Source: Mustelus asterias
Lineage: Eukaryota
NCBI RefSeq assembly: GCF_964213995.1
Contig: NC_135803.1
Span: 20,336,001 to 20,400,000 of the forward strand
Reading direction: 5' to 3'
DNA: 64,000 nt
Position 1 is the stretch's first letter. Every line of letters starts with the position of its first letter. Below are positions 23,248 through 34,267 of this stretch, piece by piece. A program made the position numbers and the translations under genes. The notes under the pieces are model-generated. The model ran no database searches. It was not told the DNA's origin and saw nothing but the letters and a program-made list of their open reading frames with translations.

Positions 23248-23957
23248 CAGAAGGAACGGATGAATGTGTTTTTGGAGAAACTTTGTTTTCTATGCTGCTA
23301 TTTGTTCATGTTGAATTAAGCTGTTCTCTTGTCGAAGTATAATATGATGGCATTTAGTTTTACATTTTAACGTGCATTCAGCATGCAAGGTTGGTTGTAG
23401 TTAGGTAAACTCTTTGCTAAATGGCTGTTTTAAGTTGACTTTTCTGGCGGAGTTAACAATGACATTTTTAATGATAATTAATGGACTGCAGTTGAATTTT
23501 AATGTTCATTAATTCAGCATGCCATTAAATTCAGCGTTCAGTGATATGACCTAGAAAACCCAAGATTCTCCAATCCACTGGTGCAGTTCTGGCTTTCTCC
23601 AAGGACTTTGATTGCATTTCTGAGCTGGTCTCTTTTTCAATCCTTTTCATTTATTAAAATGTTCCTTTTGATATAAGATATAAGGAATATAATCTACATC
23701 AACCCAATATCTTAAACCAAAAGAGAATGCTAATGGAAACATAATGCAGTCAAGATGTTCTTGTAGTCGAAATCATGTGTACCCCAATTTGAGAAACATC
23801 ATGGTTGTATCAGATGGATGAAGAGTAAGCCTTGACAAAACTTCTATTTTTGCAGAAAGGAAAGAGAACTCAGATCCAAAATGCAGTCTGTGTAGCAAAA
23901 AAATTACCATTGGTTTGTTCTTCCTACAATGACTTTGGAGACGAAGACGTGGATTTT

Positions 23958-24288
23958 TTGATTTGATTTATTATTGCCACATGTATTGGTTTACAATGAA
24001 AAATATTGTTCCTTGCGTGCTATACGGACAAAGCACACCGTTCATAGAGTACATAGGGGAGAAGGAAAGGAGAGGGTGCAGAATGTACTGTTACAGTCAC
24101 AGCTAGGGTGTAGAGAAAGATTAACTTAATATTCAAAAGTCTGACGGCCCCAGGGAAGAAGCTGTTCTTGAGCCGATTGGTACTTGCTCTCAGACTTTTG
24201 TATCTTTTTCCTGATGGAAGAAGGTGGAAGAGAGAATGTCCAGGGTGCGTGGGGTCCTTGATTATGCTGGCTGCTTTTCCAAGGCAGT
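23958..24288 (-). mobile_element. Rex1-type LINE 3' end
   Basis: Same tail sequence as 22885-23247. Confidence 0.85.
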
Positions 24289-26145
24289 GGGGATTTTCTC
24301 AGAATTGTAGAGACTCTGTGGGACCCCGATTTAGAAGTCCTGGAAAGGAGAAAGGGACGGGGCTCAATGCTGACTTTGTGCTGTAGCAAGAGGCTTAAGT
24401 GTGGGAGTTTAACATCTTTAGCTTTTGAAGGACAGATAAGATATATAGATCTGTAAAGTTATTTTAATTCCCAGACCTCACAGTGTCAGAAAAAAACCCT
24501 TCCAGTCGTAAAAAGAGCTATTTGTTGACAATACCCCAAGGTTTATCATTGTGTTACTATTAATGTTTGGCTGCTTTGCGCAACATATCATTATCTCAGC
24601 AGGGGATCTTAAGTTCACAGTTTGATTGACAGCTTAAAGAGGTTATGAAAGGATTTGATGTAGGGTTACAGTTAAAGGTCTGTTTGTTTTTATGATGTAT
24701 TATTTGAGGTGATTTAAATGTTTAAATGTTTTGAATGTGCTTTCATGAGTGGGATTGTACTTTGTTTTTACTATAGTAAAGGATGTAACAGATATTTAGA
24801 CCTTTTTCTTACTTCATCTCATTTGACTCTTGAGGTCTGCCTTTGGTGCATACTGGGTAATTGGCACAGATGGATAGGCAAAAGGTAGTGGGTGGGGGTA
24901 TGAGTTGGCATGAAATTTGCACGGGGGCTATAAGGGGCTATGGAGTGTCTGGGGGCACGGGTTGGCATTAAGTTGACATGGGGCAAGGAGGTGGCATGGT
25001 GATTTTATTGGGAGGGAGGGCAGGCGAGGGATAAGGGCCAGAGGTCCTAAACCTTTAGGAAACAACTGGATAAATTCCCAGAGTACCTAAACAGCCCGCC
25101 TCAGCAGTCTCTGCGGTCACCTCTGATCTGCATCCAGTTGCGTGGCAGGCCCAACTCTATCCTGAACCACTGTCACCCTGGAATCAATATCCTGCCATTT
25201 GCAGCACACCTGGAGATTTCCCAACACAAGCCATCCATCTCAGGAGCGGAAATCCAGGCTAAAAACCATTCCAAGTATTTGCATTTGTTGCAAGTGAGAA
25301 GGAGCTCAGGTAATTGGTCATATTTTTGGTTTAACAATGTCTATTGTAGTATGTAATATTCCTCACGTTTCCATGACAGCTGATGACAAAAAACACTTAA
25401 TTTTCCTGAATGTCTTTCAGAGCTAACATTTTAAATAACTTTGACAAGTGAAGGACTTGTTTACCAGGTTCCAGTATAATTTGGAAACAAGCATCCACAG
25501 AATATGTAATGAAGATCGAGAGATTGCTCTGCTCGCTGAATACCTAAACAAATATCATTTTCTCCAGAGGCATAGATAACAAATGGGGAATGACCGTGTT
25601 ATTACTGTCACAAACAAAATCCTATAATGGTCTTGGATTCTCCTGTTTGGTAGAGCTGGGAGTAAATTGGAAAAGTGTTATTCAGATTGGAGTCATTAGC
25701 TCATGAATTAAGGAATGTTTAATCTAATTTTATGCCCCACTATTGCAAGGGTTGTGGGGGGGGGGGGGGGTTATAAAATTGGGTAGCGTGCCTGTTGCTG
25801 CCTACCCCTCGCGGGTATATTATCCCTGGCAGGGAAGGCATCAGGTGGCCTGTTTGCCAATGGGCCAATTGAAACCTTGAAGTAATCCATTCAACGTCAC
25901 TTGAGGGCTTCTTCGTGCTGCTACTGCTGGGATTTTACTGTGCTGGAGGAGGCCCAGAGTATTGGCTTAGCTAAGAGGACTGGGGAGGTTGGAGGGGAGG
26001 GGGGGTGATAGCCTCCCATTTGGCATCTTCTGTCCATCGGGAAGTCCCCACACCATGTTGCTCCCAGTACACGAACAACCATCCCTAACGATCCTACCCC
26101 TGCCTACCCCACCCACCCCCCCAATCCCCCTTGCTGGATCTCGAT

Positions 26146-26226
26146 AAACCTGTTGGACTTTAACCTGGTGTTGTGAGACTTCTTACTGTGCTTACCCCAG
26201 TCCAACGCCGGCATCTCCACATCATC
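26146..26226 (+). mobile_element. Penelope-like element extreme 3' fragment, subfamily A
   Basis: AAACCTGTTGGACTTTAACCTGGTGTTGTGAGACTTCTTACTGTGCTTACCCCAGTCCAACGCCGGCATCTCCACATCAT, flanked by TCTCGAT (26139-26145 and 26227-26233). Confidence 0.8.
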
Positions 26227-26520
26227 TCTCGATCTTGCCAGCCTGGCCACGGCAAGATCTCAGACTTAATCTGAAAGTCCAAGCTCCATTGGCATTTCCT
26301 CATCGGAACTGCCTGCAGTGGCCACCACCTTCAGCAGCACTGCTGGGTCAAGAGATGAGGTGGAAAAAAATGAGAGGGTGAGAGAGAAAGAAAGAGTGGG
26401 TGGGATAAAAGTGAAGGCAAAATGACAGAGAGAAAGAGATGAGCGATGGAAATGAGAAAGCGGAGAAATGAGGTATAAGGGAGACTAATTCAGATTGCTA
26501 GTAAATTGCTGAAAACGACA

Positions 26521-26727
26521 GCCGGAATTTTCTGGCCATTGATGTTGGCGGCATCTCCCGGCCCCAGCAACGCCGTCACCCCCCCCCCCCCCCCCCCCGC
26601 GGCGATGAGGGATGCATTCAACGAGAAACCCCGTTGACAATGGTGGGACCAGAAGATCCCGTCAACGGCCCACGGCAGGCTGCCTCTGCCACTGCGAAAT
26701 ACATGACGGGTTGTGTAGAAAATCCCA
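26521..26727. mobile_element. Putative Harbinger-derived MITE
   Basis: Ends GCCGGAATTTTCT and AGAAAATCCC form imperfect TIRs; GC-rich body with a poly-C tract. Confidence 0.5.
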
Positions 26728-27166
26728 ATATCAAAAGTCATATTCACAGGGCTTTCATGCACAGTATACACCTTTTACCTGAGTATCATGGAAAATGCAA
26801 GCGTACATTACATTTAAATCATGCGGATTTGTCAGTCCTCTTCATTATTAAGTGCGGCCAACATCAGCAAGCCAGTATTGATTTTCCAAGCTGAGGGCAG
26901 CAAGAGTCAACCTGTTTATATATTAACAGGGTATGTGAAACTGGAGTCCATATATCTTGTATCGCAATGTTCTTACATAACATTGTGAAGTATGTAATGA
27001 CAAGGTGATGTTCTGAAAGGTTGCTTTTGAAGAAAAATACCTTTCTACCTGAAGCTTTTCAGTTTTCTTTTCAGCTATTTCTTCCTAATTGTCATTTACT
27101 CTTTCTATCAGCCGTTTGTCCTTGGTCATATCCATTTCTTTGTGCAATGCATTTTCACACTTGTTT

Positions 27167-27495
27167 ATAGAATCATAGAATCCTACAGTCCAGAAGGAGG
27201 CCATTCAGCCCATCGAGTCTGCATGGACCACAATCTCACCCAGGCCCTATTCCCATAACCCCTCATATTTACCTTGCTAATTCCCCATGACATTAAGGTT
27301 AATTTAGCATGGCCAATCAACCTAACCTGCACATCTTTGGAGTGTGGGAGGAAACTGGAGCACCCGGAGGAAACTCATGCAGACACAGGGAGAATGTGCA
27401 AACTCCACACAGACAGTGATCCGAGGCCGGAATTGAACCCGGGTCCCTGGTGCTGTGAGGCAGCAGTGCTAACCACTGTGCCACCGTGCCGACCC
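27167..27495 (-). mobile_element. HE1 SINE (type A)
   Basis: Full head, V-core and (ATTCTATG)n tail. Confidence 0.9.
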
Positions 27496-28050
27496 ACTCT
27501 CTCGACACTCTGTCCCATCTATCTTCTTTCTATCTCCTGATTTTTCAATAAATATTCTTTTATTGATCGAGAGAATTTTAATCTGCTACCTTTATTAAAG
27601 GCTAGAGTATGCCAGAAGCTGACAGATCTTATGTACCACGCACTGTGACAAATGCCTGTACAGAGGGCCTTGCTCCCCACCTAACAGCAACTTCCCAAGA
27701 AAAGATACATGGAAATTAAAAGGGTACGGGCAAATTCTGTTTGTTCTCCAGAAAAAAAAGAGGTTTGGTTCCTTGCAATTTTCAGAATCCGTTGCATTTA
27801 ATTAAGTGAGTGCTTTGCGCTCATGAAAGATTATTAGCAGAATTTTCACTGCATTTGGCAGAACGTGCGGGAAAAGTAACATTGAAGTCACTGGCACCAG
27901 TGATGAATTTCTCTGCCTTAATGTAGGGAATACTGTGAAAGAATGGCAAGGGTTGGTGCCACAGCATAACACTGGTGGGGCGGACTCTGCCCACCAGCAA
28001 CTTAGTTTTTTAAAGATCATGGCACCATTTTTAAAGACTGCTCTAGTGCA

Positions 28051-28275
28051 CATAGAATCATAGAATCCATACAGTGCAGAAGGAGGCCATTCGGGGCAAC
28101 TTAGTATGGCCCATCCACTTAATGTGCACATGTTTGGATTGTGGGAGGAAACTAGAGCACCCGGAGGAAACCCACGCAGACAACGTGCAGATTCCGCACA
28201 GTCACCCAAGGCCAGAATTGAACCCAGGTCCACAGCGTTGTGAGGCAGCGGTGCTAACCACTGTGCCACCGTGCC
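28051..28275 (-). mobile_element. HE1 SINE (type A, internally deleted)
   Basis: Head, V-core and tail present; ~70 bp of the tail region missing. Confidence 0.85.
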
Positions 28276-28345
28276 ATTACAAAAGCTCACATAGAAACCT
28301 CCCCTTCCTCCTTCCCCCCCCCCATGCAACCAGACTCTCCCCCCT

Positions 28346-28346
<1 letters not shown>

Positions 28347-28380
<34 letters not shown>
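28347..28380. repeat. (CA)17 microsatellite
   Basis: Direct reading of the sequence. Confidence 0.97.
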
Positions 28381-28383
<3 letters not shown>

Positions 28384-29842
28384 CAGCCTCTGGCCCCCTT
28401 CCCAGGCAGTACCCGGGCACTTACCCCTGAGCAATGTATTCATCTGAGCTCCTCTGGAAGATCTGTCCACCAGCTGCATGCTGTGGGCAACCTGAATGGA
28501 ATTTTTTCCGCTGTCGGGGTGAGGAGGGCGAGGAAATGATGTTTCCCATATTAAATGTCGGGAATTCCATTATGTCACAGACAGGGGTTGCAGGGAAAGT
28601 TGCGTCATGCTTTTACATCATCCTGAGCCGCAGTTCGGACACCTCACAAGATTTTCTATTTCCATCACAAATCCCACCCAATGAAAATCACCTGTATACA
28701 TATTCTGTGATGTCAGATGAGGTAAGTCAGATTCACAAAAAAAATACCTTTGGCAAACTGGTGACTAAAATGTCTAAGTGGCCACACAATTTGAGTACAT
28801 GCAGGGCAAAGATCAGTTTTGAATGGGCTTTCTATGTTCGGCATTCACTAACCATAAAAATACCCCTTTTGTGGGTTTATCATGCAACCTTAATCTTTTG
28901 TATGAAATAATTTTAGCATTTGCTGAAGAATTTTGCATTTAGCACTGTCTGCTACTTTCTACATATTATTTCCAGTGTATGTTCTCTGTTCTGTCAATGC
29001 TGTTCTTTATAACTTGTATGTTGAGTGCGCCATTCTTGTTTGGTTACATGAGGCTTCTGTCCCTGGATTTCATCATCGTCTCCCTTGGGTTTTTTTTCTT
29101 TCTCTTTCTCTCATTCCATTCTGTGGCAGTTGCCCTCATCCAATCCCCCCCCCCCGCCCCCCCCCCCCCCCCCCCACCCTTTTATAACTTCTTGTTTCTT
29201 GATTTTTCATGAATCCAAAGAACTCTCTTGTGAAATGCAATGGAGTTCACATATGGTAAGAAGTCAGGTTTGAAAAGTAAAGTTCCCCTTCATGGCAGAG
29301 CAATTAACGGTCATAAAAAATGAATTACTGAGTTAATTTAATTTGGCCTAATAATTTATGTTAATCGTATGCCTACTTTACATTTAGGTTACTTGGGTCC
29401 TTCAAGGAATGTTCTATGGAGTGAATCATGCAGGCAGCAAAGCTCTAATCACCACTAAACTTCATTTATGAATTTGGCTGGGCTCCATGTTCACAGTTTT
29501 CAAGATATATGTGCCAGCATAGGCCCTGAAGCAGCCTGAAAACAAAAGGGTTCAAGATCACAATTCATTAACTATGCAGCTGTTGGTTATTATGGCCAAG
29601 CTTCAACACAAATGCAATCAAAACTGAGCCTCGCAACGATATCCATGAAACACAAAAGCTTAAATCACATCCGAACCTGGCTTCTTACTTCTCTTAATAG
29701 CCACAATTGCGAACAACTCTGGTTTCTCTCAGATAGTTGTTAAACACGTTGGCTTGACATGTGCCTTAGTCAATACCCCAAAAACAGACAGTACTGAATT
29801 GTGCGCCTATTACAAGCCCCTCCTAATATTCAAACTATAAAA

Positions 29843-30105
29843 AGTAAAGTAAAGTTTATTTATTAGTCACAAATAAGACTTACATTAACACTGCAATGAA
29901 GTTACTGTGAAATTCCCCTAGTCGCCACATTATGGCACCTATTCGGGTAAATGCACCTAACTGGCATGTTTTTCAGACTCTGGGAGGAAACTGAAGGAAA
30001 CCCACGCAGATGCAAGGAGGACGTGCAAACTCCACATAGACAGTGACCCGAGCTGGGAATCGAACACGATGTGAGGCAACAGTGCTAACCACTGTGCCAC
30101 CGTGC
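29843..30105 (-). mobile_element. V-SINE, type B tail
   Basis: Head GCACGGTGGCACAGTGGTTAGCACTG, V-core and tail with AATAAATAAACTTTACTTTAC. Confidence 0.85.
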
Positions 30106-30443
30106 AGTTTCACTCCAGGGGATATAACAGACAGTCAAACCTTGTCTGCACTCCCCAACAAGGTGAATGTCCAGCCGTAATGCTTTATGGGGCGGGGTAC
30201 ATTTTTGTGCGATTTGTGCTGTCAGTGGCTGTAGCTCCCCATCAGATGCACAGGCCTGGAAAATTAACCTACTCATATTTTCCAAGATACACTCAGTCTA
30301 CACTGGGAATCGTCACTGGCATGCAAATTCTTTGTGTTGCATGATGGGGGCCATTGTGCCTGTTCCATGTTTGCAGCCGGGTACAAACCTGAAAACAAAA
30401 GTCATAATTCAGGCCTTTGGCTGCCAGTGAGCACAGAGCATAT

Positions 30444-30578
30444 CGGGATTTCCAGACATGCCCACCCCAAAACCGAAAAACCCTGCCCGAGGTCAGTGGA
30501 CCTTGGCATGGTCGGCCCCCCACCCTTCGCCTCACACACTACGATTCCCGTGGCAGGCGGGACGAGAAAACTCCCCCC
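30444..30578. mobile_element. ~130-bp Harbinger-like MITE (reverse-orientation relative of 37855-37978)
   Basis: CGGGATTT...GCCCGAGGTCA(G/A)TGG...GATTCCCGTGG..GGCGGGACG..AAAA is shared in reverse complement with 37855-37978. Confidence 0.6.
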
Positions 30579-31285
30579 AGAGTATTCATCACCTATTTAC
30601 TAACAGTTGAACAGATGAGTATCTTTTTGATTATTACTAAATCCAAATCTTTCAATAAGTTACCAATGTAACTTACTTTAATTGGTTTGCATTTTCATTC
30701 TTGGGAAGAATTCAGGGCCTCTGGTTTTGACAAAGGAACATGGGAACAGGGGTAGATTATTCAAGTAGCTCTTCGAACCTGACCCACATGGCTGATCTGT
30801 ATCTTAACTTAATCTACCCATTCTGGTTGTGTGCTCTTTAAAACACTTGCCAAATGAATAATTATCAAGGTGGGGAATTCTAGGGCTGAGGGCCTTGACA
30901 GTGAAGGCACGGTTGTCAATGGTGAAGCACTTAAAATCAGTGATACTCAAGAATGAGTGGAGTGCAGATTTCTCAGAGGATTGTGGGACTGGAGGAGGGA
31001 CAGAACGGGATACGACCATTCCTAATTGAGCCAGGAATTAAACAACTTGTTGACGATTAACCCAAATAATGCACGTTAAGTACTCAAATCTTTTTTAAGC
31101 TTTTATTACCTGCTTGCAAGGAGAACCGACCCGGTGACTTTCACTATGGTGTTCTGTTGATTCATACAGATACTTAGCAGTTATAGTTAATTACAGCAAA
31201 TGAAAAATGAGCAACTTTCTAATCCATCATTTGCATAAATAGTCCACCAATCATAGCATAGCTTTTTGCTCTTTCTTATCCAATA

Positions 31286-32313
31286 GAAAGTGACAAGTGG
31301 TGTCCCGCAGGGTTCAGTGTTGGGGCCACAGCTGTTCTCTTTATATATTAACGATCTAGATGACGGGACTGGGAGCATTCTGGCCAAGTTTGCCGATGAT
31401 ACAAAGATAGGTGGAGGGGCAGGTAGTATTGAGGAGGTGGGGAGGCTGCAGAAAGATTTAGACAGTTTAGGAGAGTGGTCCAAGAAGTGGCTGATGAAAT
31501 TCAACGTGGGCAAGTGCGAGGTCGTACACTTTGGAAAAAAGAATAGAGGCATGGACTATTTTCTAAACGGTGACAAAATTCATAATGCTAAAGTCCAAAG
31601 GGACTTGGGAGTCCTAGTCCAGGATTCTCTAAAGGTAAACTTGCAGGTTGAGTCCGTAATTAAGAAAGCAAATGTAATGTTGTCATTTATCTCAAGAGGC
31701 TTGGAATACAAAAGCAGGGATGTACTTCTGAGGCTTTATAAAGCACTGGTTAGGCCCCATTTGGAGTACTGTGAGCAATTTTGGGCCCCACACCTCAGGA
31801 AGGACATACTGGCACTGGAGCGGGTCCAGCGGAGATTCACACGGATGATCCCAGGAATGGTAGGCCTGACATACGATGAACGTCTGAGGATCGTGGGATT
31901 ATATTCATTGGAGTTTAGGAGGTTGAGGGGAGATCTGATAGAAACTTACAAGATAATGAACGGCTTAGATAGGATGGACGTAGGGAAGTTGTTTCCATTA
32001 ACAGGGGAGACTAGGACGCGGGGGCACAGCCTTAGAATAAAAGGGAGTCACTTTAGAACAGAGATGAGGAGAAATTTCTTCAGCCAGAGAGTGGTGGGTC
32101 TGTGGAATTCATTGCCACAGAGGGCTGTGGAGGCCGAGACGTTGAGCGTCTTCAAGACAGAAATTGATAAATTCTTGATTTCTCGAGGAATTAAGGGCTA
32201 TGGGGAGAGAGCGGGTAAATGGAGTTGAAATCAACCATGATTGAATGGTGGAGTGGACTCGATGGGCCGAATGGCCTTACTTCCGCTCCTATGTCTTATG
32301 GCCTTATGGTCTT
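31286..32313 (+). mobile_element. 5'-truncated young CR1-type LINE, uninterrupted C-terminal 312 codons of ORF2
   Basis: ORF 31290-32228 (TSGVPQGSVLGP...KFADDTK...RPHLEYC...GYGERAGKWS*), then 3' UTR and (CTTATGG)n tail. Confidence 0.95.
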
Positions 32314-33049
32314 AAAACTGTCTCCTTCATTAGCGTAATATGTCAACATATCTTGTTTTTTGGTATTTGTCATGGTAACTTGTCTTTATTTTCATCCTAT
32401 GTCCTAGCCCTAAAATGCAGTGTTTATGAAACTGATGCAAGGTTAGATTAGTCTCTTATCCTGAGTACGCAAGCGCTGGCCTCATTGAAGGCCTTGTTTG
32501 CTAATAAACAATTTCCATTCCTTGACAGTGTTATTTGTCATAACTTAATTTCCACAATTGTTGTAACTTAATTTCTCCCTACCAGCATCTGCAGTTTTTA
32601 ACTGCTTTTAACTATAGTTTCACAAGTTCCAGCAACTCCGTGGTGTTTTATTTGAAGTGAGCATCTTTAATCTTGCAGAACAAAGTGAATTAAATATTGG
32701 ACCATAGCTCGAATTACAACTTAATTTCCACACACTCAATCGTTGCAGCTAAATCCACAATAACACTGTGAATAAATATGCCAATTGCAAGTAAAGAAAA
32801 TTGAGGAAATCCAGATGTTCCCAACAGGAGGTGGTCCATCTGAAGGATAGAGATAATATCCAGGACTGTCATCATTTCTGGAAATGGCTTAAATCCATTT
32901 AGTAGGGAATCACACCAGCAGCAATTTGCATTTATATGCTGTCATCGGCAGAGTAAAATTTCCCAAGATTCTTCACAGGAGCACAATTGGACAACAATTG
33001 TAAGGAATAATAGTCTCAGCATGCAGGAAATTTGATTATGCAGTGTTCA

Positions 33050-33705
33050 TACATGGTAAGGGAATTTAAGATGCGAGGAGGACAAAAAGAGGGTGCAAAG
33101 AGATACTAATAGGTTAAGTGAGTGGGCAACATGATGGCAGATGGAGTATAATGTGTGAGATTATTCACTTTGGCAGGAAGAATAGAAAAGTAGAATTTCT
33201 TTGAAGTGTGAAACTTGTAAATGTTCCTTTACAGAAAGTGTTTCTATGCAAAGAACACAAAGTTAGTATGCAGAATTAGCAAGCAAATGGAGGAAAAATG
33301 GCATCTTTTGCAAAGAACAAAGATGCCTTGCCACAGTTGTACAAAGCATTGGTGAGACCACACCAGAAATACTGTGTACAGTTTTGGTCTCCATTTTTAA
33401 GAAAGAATATACTGGAATTGGAGGCCGTGCAGTGAAGATTCATGATGTTGGTCCCTGGAATGAGAGGGTTGCACTACAATGAACAAGCCTATCCTCTCTG
33501 GAGTTTAGAAGAATGAGAGGTGATCTCGTTGAAGCAGACACAATTCTGGAAGAGTTTAATGGGGCGCTGCAAAATTATTTCTCCTAACTGGGGAATCTAG
33601 AATATTGGGGCATCAGGTTCATCATTTAGGACTGACATGAGGAGAATTCTTTTCACTCAAAGCGTTGTCTTTGGAATTCTCCACACGTAGAGTTGTGGAT
33701 GCAGT
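33050..33705 (+). mobile_element. Old decayed CR1 RT fragment
   Basis: GGTTAAGTGAGTGGGCAA...TGGCAGATGGAGTATAATG...TTGGTGAGACCACACC...GAGTTTAGAAGAATGAGAGGTGATCTC with many indels. Confidence 0.75.
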
Positions 33706-33911
33706 TACAATCCTGGCTGATCTAACTTCTGGGAAGAAAGGTCCCAGAATGGAACTCTGGTTCACAAAACCATAACTTTTACTTTGTTTTAGAAAATGTG
33801 GATGAACAGCATCAGAGGAATGCCATTAGCTTTTAACTACAGAAAAGAACTTCAACAACTGTACATTCCTGTCTGGCATAAGAGTAAAATGGGGAAGGCT
33901 GCTCATCCATG

Positions 33912-34039
33912 ATGTCCTGTTTGTGAACAGAATTCCCACTCACCTGAAGAAGGGGCTTGGGGCTCCGAAAGCTTGTGTGGCTTTTGCTACCAAATAAACC
34001 TGTTGGACTTTAACCTGGTGTTGTTAAACTTCTTACTGT
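33912..34039 (+). mobile_element. Penelope-like terminal fragment, subfamily B, tail-less
   Basis: Matches the right arm of the 61894-62628 element (TGTTTGTGAACAGAATTCCCACTCACCTGAAGAAGGGG...CTTCTTACTGT). Confidence 0.82.
33941..33977 (+). ncRNA. Minimal hammerhead ribozyme motif (PLE type), sense to host pre-mRNA
   Basis: CAC-CTGAAGA-A-GGGGCT-TGG-GGCTCC-GAAA-GC-TT-GTG, with intact core, 6-bp stem II (including G-U pairs) and stem I CAC/GTG. Confidence 0.75.
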
Positions 34040-34052
34040 ACAAACAAGGGAA

Positions 34053-34267
34053 CACAGTAAGAGTTTTAACAACACCAGGTTAAAGTCCAACAGGTTTATT
34101 TGGTAGCAAACACCATTAGCTTTCGGAACGCTGCTCCTTCAGCGCTCCTTCAGCGCTCCGAAAGCTAGTGGCGTTTGCTACCAAATAAACCTGTTGGACT
34201 TTAACCTGGTGTTGTTAAAACTCTTACTGTGTTCACCCCAGTCCAACGCCGGCATCTCCACATCATG
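34053..34267. mobile_element. Penelope-like fold-back insertion, subfamily C
   Basis: Inverted arms CACAGTAAGAGTTTTAACAACACCAGG... / ...CCTGGTGTTGTTAAAACTCTTACTGTG plus tail; 13-bp TSD ACAAACAAGGGAA at 34040-34052 and 34268-34280; partial hammerhead ...GCTCC-GAAA-GC-TA-GTG. Confidence 0.85.

Noticed and set aside
28933-29273. Proline-rich ORFs (also at 1856-2269 and 47102-47329)
   Set aside because: Produced by poly-C/poly-G homopolymer runs; no coding evidence, and run lengths may be sequencing-error prone.
33990-34230. Three recurrences of a ~50-bp unit, superficially CRISPR-like
   Set aside because: Units alternate in orientation, have no unique regular spacers or cas genes, sit in vertebrate DNA, and are explained as PLE arms.
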